Assembly: GCA_002104905.1 (NCBI GenBank)
Contig: MCFE01000046.1
Span: 124,001-188,000 of the forward strand
From: Basidiobolus meristosporus CBS 931.73
Taxonomy: Eukaryota; Fungi; Basidiobolomycota
Direction: 5' to 3'
DNA: 64,000 bases
The notes under the pieces were generated by a model. That model was not told the DNA's origin. It saw nothing but the letters and a program-made list of their open reading frames with translations, and did not search any database. Shown piece by piece: positions 59,700 through 64,000 of the stretch (its first letter is position 1; the number at the start of each line of letters is the position of its first letter). The position numbers and the translations under genes were made by a program.

Positions 59700-61974
59700 T
59701 GGAGCTTTGCAGAAGTTACTAAAATGTAGTAGTGATCCTAGTTTCTTATAGTCTAATTTGTCACAAGAATGGCTGGTAACATTTTTTCTTCTCCGGAGCC
59801 ATACTGAATCTTCTTCATTAAGCTGGAGGCAAGGCCGGTGTTTGTTGTCTGCAAACTTCTTGTACCCCTGATGGGCTAAGGATAGTTCTTTCTTGAGTGT
59901 TACTAGGATTTCTATAATTGTTGATGCATGTTCAGCTGCATGGGGACTAATAGGGTTTGTTTGGATCTGAGTATCAAATTGGGGATGAAAACATTAACTT
60001 GCATAGAATGGGGTGAGACCAGTTACACTAAGACATGAGTTGTTGTAGGCAAATTCTACAGATATTAGCAACCGGGTCCAATTGTCTTGCTCATAGTTGA
60101 TATAGCACCAGAGGTATTGGTCAAGGATCTGGTTAATTCTCTCTGTCTGACCATCCTACTGAGGATGAAAAGTGGTTAGGAGCTTGATTTGCACACCAGA
60201 TATTGCACAAAGTGTTTTCAGAATTTTGATATGAAATGGGCCCTCTATCAGATACAATGTCTCTTGGAAATACCATGCAGCCAGAAAATGCTCTTGATTA
60301 CTAGGTGAGTAGTCTCCTTGGCGTCTACATTCTTGGAGCAGGAAATGAAGTGAGCCATCTTTGTGAGTCCATCAGCCACTACCAGGATTGAGTTGAATTG
60401 GTAGGATTCTGCAAGGTTGGTTATGAAGTCCATTGAAATGGACTTCCATTGCTGGTCAGGAATTTGCAAGGGTTGAAGAAGTTAATATGGCTGGTGTATG
60501 GCAGATTTTGCACAATTACATGCATCACAGGATAGGAGGTACCCCTTAACATGGTATATCACCTTGGGCCACCAGAAGTCTCTCTTGGTTGCATTTATGG
60601 TTTTGGCGGTACCAAAATGTCCTGCAGCCATTGAATCATGGCACAAATGGATGATATCTAACTGAGTATCAAGGTCTGAGACAAACAGTTGGTTCTGGTG
60701 ATAGATAATGTCATTGACTAGATGTAGGTGCTAGAGGTTTGGGAACTTGAGTGGCAGGTCAGTGGGAGAAATGAGGTATTTCTTTATCATTGCCACCATG
60801 GAGTTGGTGGCTTAGCTGGTCTTGACTTTCTCAAGGAGTAAAGGAGCTATAATAAGGGAGGACTGGGTTGCAAGGAGTTCAAAATGTCTTTTGTTGAGTA
60901 CAGGGCTTTTCATTTGCCAACAGGCATCATCCCTTCTTCAAGGGAATACTCTATTGTTCTGGAAAGGGCATCAGGATTTCCTTGTTTCAAACCTGGTCTA
61001 TAGGTGATGACAAAGTCAAAGCTAGACAGCAAGAGGAACCATTTGGATTGTCTCTGGTTTAGCACCTTTGAGGTGGTAGAGTGCTCAGGGTTCTTGTGGT
61101 CCCAGAAGATCTTTATATTTTGGGCTGCACTATCAAGGTAGTGTCTCTGTTGTTCAAAGGCAACAAAAAGTGCAAGTAGCTCCTTGTCATAGATATTATA
61201 GTTTACTTCTGCTGCAATAAATTTCAAGAGTAAAGTGCAATAAGGTGTAGTACATTTTTGTTATCACACTGGGAAAGGATGGCACCTAGGGCAGAATCAG
61301 TGGCAATGGTTTCCATGATGAAAGGTCTCCCAAGGTCAGGGTGGGCAAGCAATGGGGCACTCAAGAAGGACTTCTTGATAGAATCAAAGGACTCTGACTG
61401 CTCCTAATTCCAGGCAAAGGGCAGATTATACTGAGTGAGCTTTGTCAAGGGTGTGACTATCTTGGAGTAGTTGGCAATGAATCTATGGTAAAAGTTGGCA
61501 AATCCAAGGAAGGATTGCACTTCTTTTCAGAACAGAAAGTTTCCTGGACTGGATGGCCGCTACTTTCTTGGGGTCCATTCTTGTTCCTTTAGAGCTTATG
61601 AGTTAGCCTAGGAACTCAATTTCTTTCAGGTTGAACTCTCATCTTTCCAGTTTTACATAGAGGCCAGCAGCGTCAAACTTGGTCAAGACTTTCTTCACAT
61701 GGGAATGATGTTCTTCTTGAGTCTTGGAGTAGATCAGGATATCAACAAGGTAGATACCCATAAATTGGTCTAGGTATTCAAAGAATATGTCATTCATCAG
61801 TTATCAAAAGACAGCTGGAGCATTGGTAAGGCCAAATAGCATAACTCTATACTCCAAGTGACCATACTTGTTCTGAATGCAGTTTTTCATTCATCTCCAG
61901 GCTTGATTCCAACAAGGTCATAAGCTCCACTGAGATCAATTTTGGTAAATATTTTGGCAGAAGAGAGTAGATCC
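59700..61974 (-). mobile_element. Decayed Ty3/gypsy (Tf2-like) pol: RT, RNase H, integrase
   Basis: IFTKIDL, YLVDILIYS, NYNIYDKELLA, YRPGLKQGNPDALSR, WKSISMDFITNL, VVADGLTKMAHF, KLDYKKLG. Confidence 0.9.
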
Positions 61975-62900
61975 TGTTGTAAAATTTGTAATTCTACCTA
62001 AATATTCTGCTAACATAGTCACTTAGAGCATTACCTACAAATCCTAGAAGATACTGACCAAACTCCTTGTTAGGATTTACTTAGAATATTTTCACCACAA
62101 TACCAGGCACCCAGAACATGAAAGTTCTCAAAGTTGTCAAAACAGCCCCAAACTTTGCACACATGCTCCTGGGACCTTCCTTTGCCTATTTAATGTGTAA
62201 AAGTATAAATATTGCTTTTACATTTGATAAATCATTAAGTGACAACCACATAATCTACTTGTCCTCCCAATCACTTCAATATCTCCAAGACTCTTACAAC
62301 AAGTTATGAGCACCAAGCAGTCACTCTCTGCAATGTCCACTACTGCTATTACTGGAATTTTTCTCTCTTCTGAAAAGTTGAATGGATCTAACTAACAAAT
62401 GTGCAAGGTGAAGATGAAGATGCTGTTACAAGAAAGAGGCCTTTGGAATGTAGTCATGGGAGAAGAATGCACTCCTAAAAATGTGGGAGAGGAAGCCTTA
62501 AAGTACTAGAAGAAAGAACAAAGTGCCTTTAACTGCATTTGCCTTAATGTCAAGGACAAATTGCTAATTCAATGCTCAAGAGCAAAAATGGCAAAGAATG
62601 CCTGGAAGGCATTAGAAGACACCTACCAGTCATGTTCAGCTGCTAAGAAAATGTATCTGAGACAAAAATTCTTTACTACAAAGATGCAGCCAGGAGAAGA
62701 AATGAAAAATCTAATTAGCAGAATTACCCTGCAGGTAGATGAAATGGAATCTGTGAGTGTACCATCTACTGATGAGGATGTGATAATTACCAACCTGAAT
62801 AGCCTGACAGACATGTTTAAGGGCCTTGTATCAGCCCTAAAGTCTAGAACTGAGGATTTGGCCTTAAATTACAAATATGGAAGGCTCCTGAATGAAGGGT
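61975..62900 (+). mobile_element. 5' copia fragment (LTR 61975-62301, PBS AGTTATGAGCAC, gag) inserted in the gypsy RT
   Basis: TGTTG...CAACA LTR; gag AKNAWKALEDTYQSCSAAKKMYLRQKF. Confidence 0.9.
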
Positions 62901-63354
62901 TAGGATAAGGGGGGAGAGAGTCACCAACAGGTGAAATCATTATTTCAGTTGATACAAAGAAGCCAGCACTACTGTTGTAGCATTGATACAAGAGTGTGTA
63001 GCTGAGGGGAACTTGTAGGTAAGTTTACAAGAAGTGATGTGTTGTGTTGTATTATGATTAGTTTGGGGCTTGTTCTACAATGTAGAGGCTAATCAACAAT
63101 ATACAACAACTTCCAGTATGCTAATACTGCAATAGGTTATTGGGAGTTTGATATACCAATAGAAGATATAACTTTCACTAATTTCCTCAATCTTAGGCTC
63201 AAAATATACTGTAGGCAGTGTTTATCACTTCTACAGCAGTGTTCTGACCTTGTCTTGACTAATGGGCTTATTTACTTTTATAGTAACTTTTCTTTATTTG
63301 GAAGTCACTTTCCTTTCTGAGAAAATATTTCCTAATATGGAAATTCTGAACTCC

Positions 63355-63595
63355 CCTTTAGCCTAAAGGGGTGTGTTGTAGAAGTCTCTAAAGGGGTCTT
63401 TAGACCTAAAGGGGTGTCTAAAGGGGTGTCTTTAGAGTAAAGGGGCTTCTTGTAGTGGTCTCTAAAGTGGACTTTACACTAAAGGGGTGCCTAAAGGGGC
63501 TTCTTTAGAGTAAAGGGGTTTCTTAAAGGGGTCTCTAAAGGGGTCTTTAGACTAAAGGGGTGTCTTTAGAGTAAAGGGGTTTCTTAGAGGGGACT
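63355..63595. repeat. Degenerate minisatellite built on TAAAGGGG(T/C)
   Basis: More than 10 occurrences of AAAGGGG/TAAAGGGGT with short variable linkers and a higher-order repeat (TTTAGAGTAAAGGGG). Confidence 0.85.
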
Positions 63596-64000
63596 TTTCC
63601 AACAGAAAAGTGGTAGTTTCTTGTAGAACTTAGATTGGATTCTTGTGAGCTTTGCAGTCTCTTTACTGATGTAGTACCAATCAAAGTCAGAATACTCAAC
63701 AGTGCAAGTGATGCAGGGGAAGTCTTATAACCTTTAAACTTGTAATTGTAGTGTGGAGATTCTGGAAAGAGAGGCTCCTTTATTTTTCAGCTGGGGAAGT
63801 CATATATATGAAAATTTTGAAGGATCAAAGTTTTTGGGCGATTGCGCAAGCAATACACATGATACAAAGCTAAAATTTTGCAGTGGCACAGATCGGACAT
63901 AGGCGCAGCACCTGTGAAAATTTCACGAGATTTGATTGGCTGGTTCAAAAGTTACACGCGATTAAAGTCACTATAGTAATCCTAGCAATAAGGCATAGTA

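Noticed and set aside
59600-59830. Chromodomain at the gypsy integrase end
   Set aside because: The sequence is truncated after KLDYKKLG; no Y..KW.G/WEP motif seen.
63355-63595. CRISPR-like array
   Set aside because: No constant repeat with unique spacers, no cas genes, eukaryotic context. The same applies to the short tandem repeats at 42626, 47245 and 48533.

Overview
Fungal nuclear DNA in three compartments. Short GT-AG introns and the protein sequences point to a fungus; an early-diverging lineage such as Basidiobolus is my guess only. (1) 1-21.4 kb is a nested, almost CpG-free transposon stack: a Ty1/copia family with half-tRNA-iMet priming (one full-length decayed copy plus many LTRs and fragments), decayed Ty3/gypsy pol, two copies of a PIF/Harbinger-ISL2EU-type DDE element and its foldback MITE. 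(2) About 22-45 kb is a GC-rich, CpG-retaining, gene-dense block: an SH3 single-pass receptor-like gene, PHB1, TMA16, a Whi3/Scw1-like RRM gene, SPC25, ATP17, RTC1/WDR24, SS18-like, RPS29, RPS5, a Ras-family GTPase, RPL43, SMC6 and a tetraspanin. (3) About 43.9-57 kb is an accessory, secretion-rich tail: a 10-Cys secreted protein, two CE4 chitin deacetylases, a SMYD methyltransferase, a signal-peptide isochorismatase-family hydrolase, small secreted ORFs and an intronless LuxI/FeeM-like N-acyltransferase. It grades into a second copia/gypsy stack (57.5-64 kb). Several genes between 46 and 57 kb carry single-base frameshifts, either long-read consensus errors or decay. The most interesting item is the LuxI (AHL synthase)/FeeM-like gene at 56213. 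All family assignments are by-eye motif recognition; no searches were run, and boundaries marked approximate are estimates.
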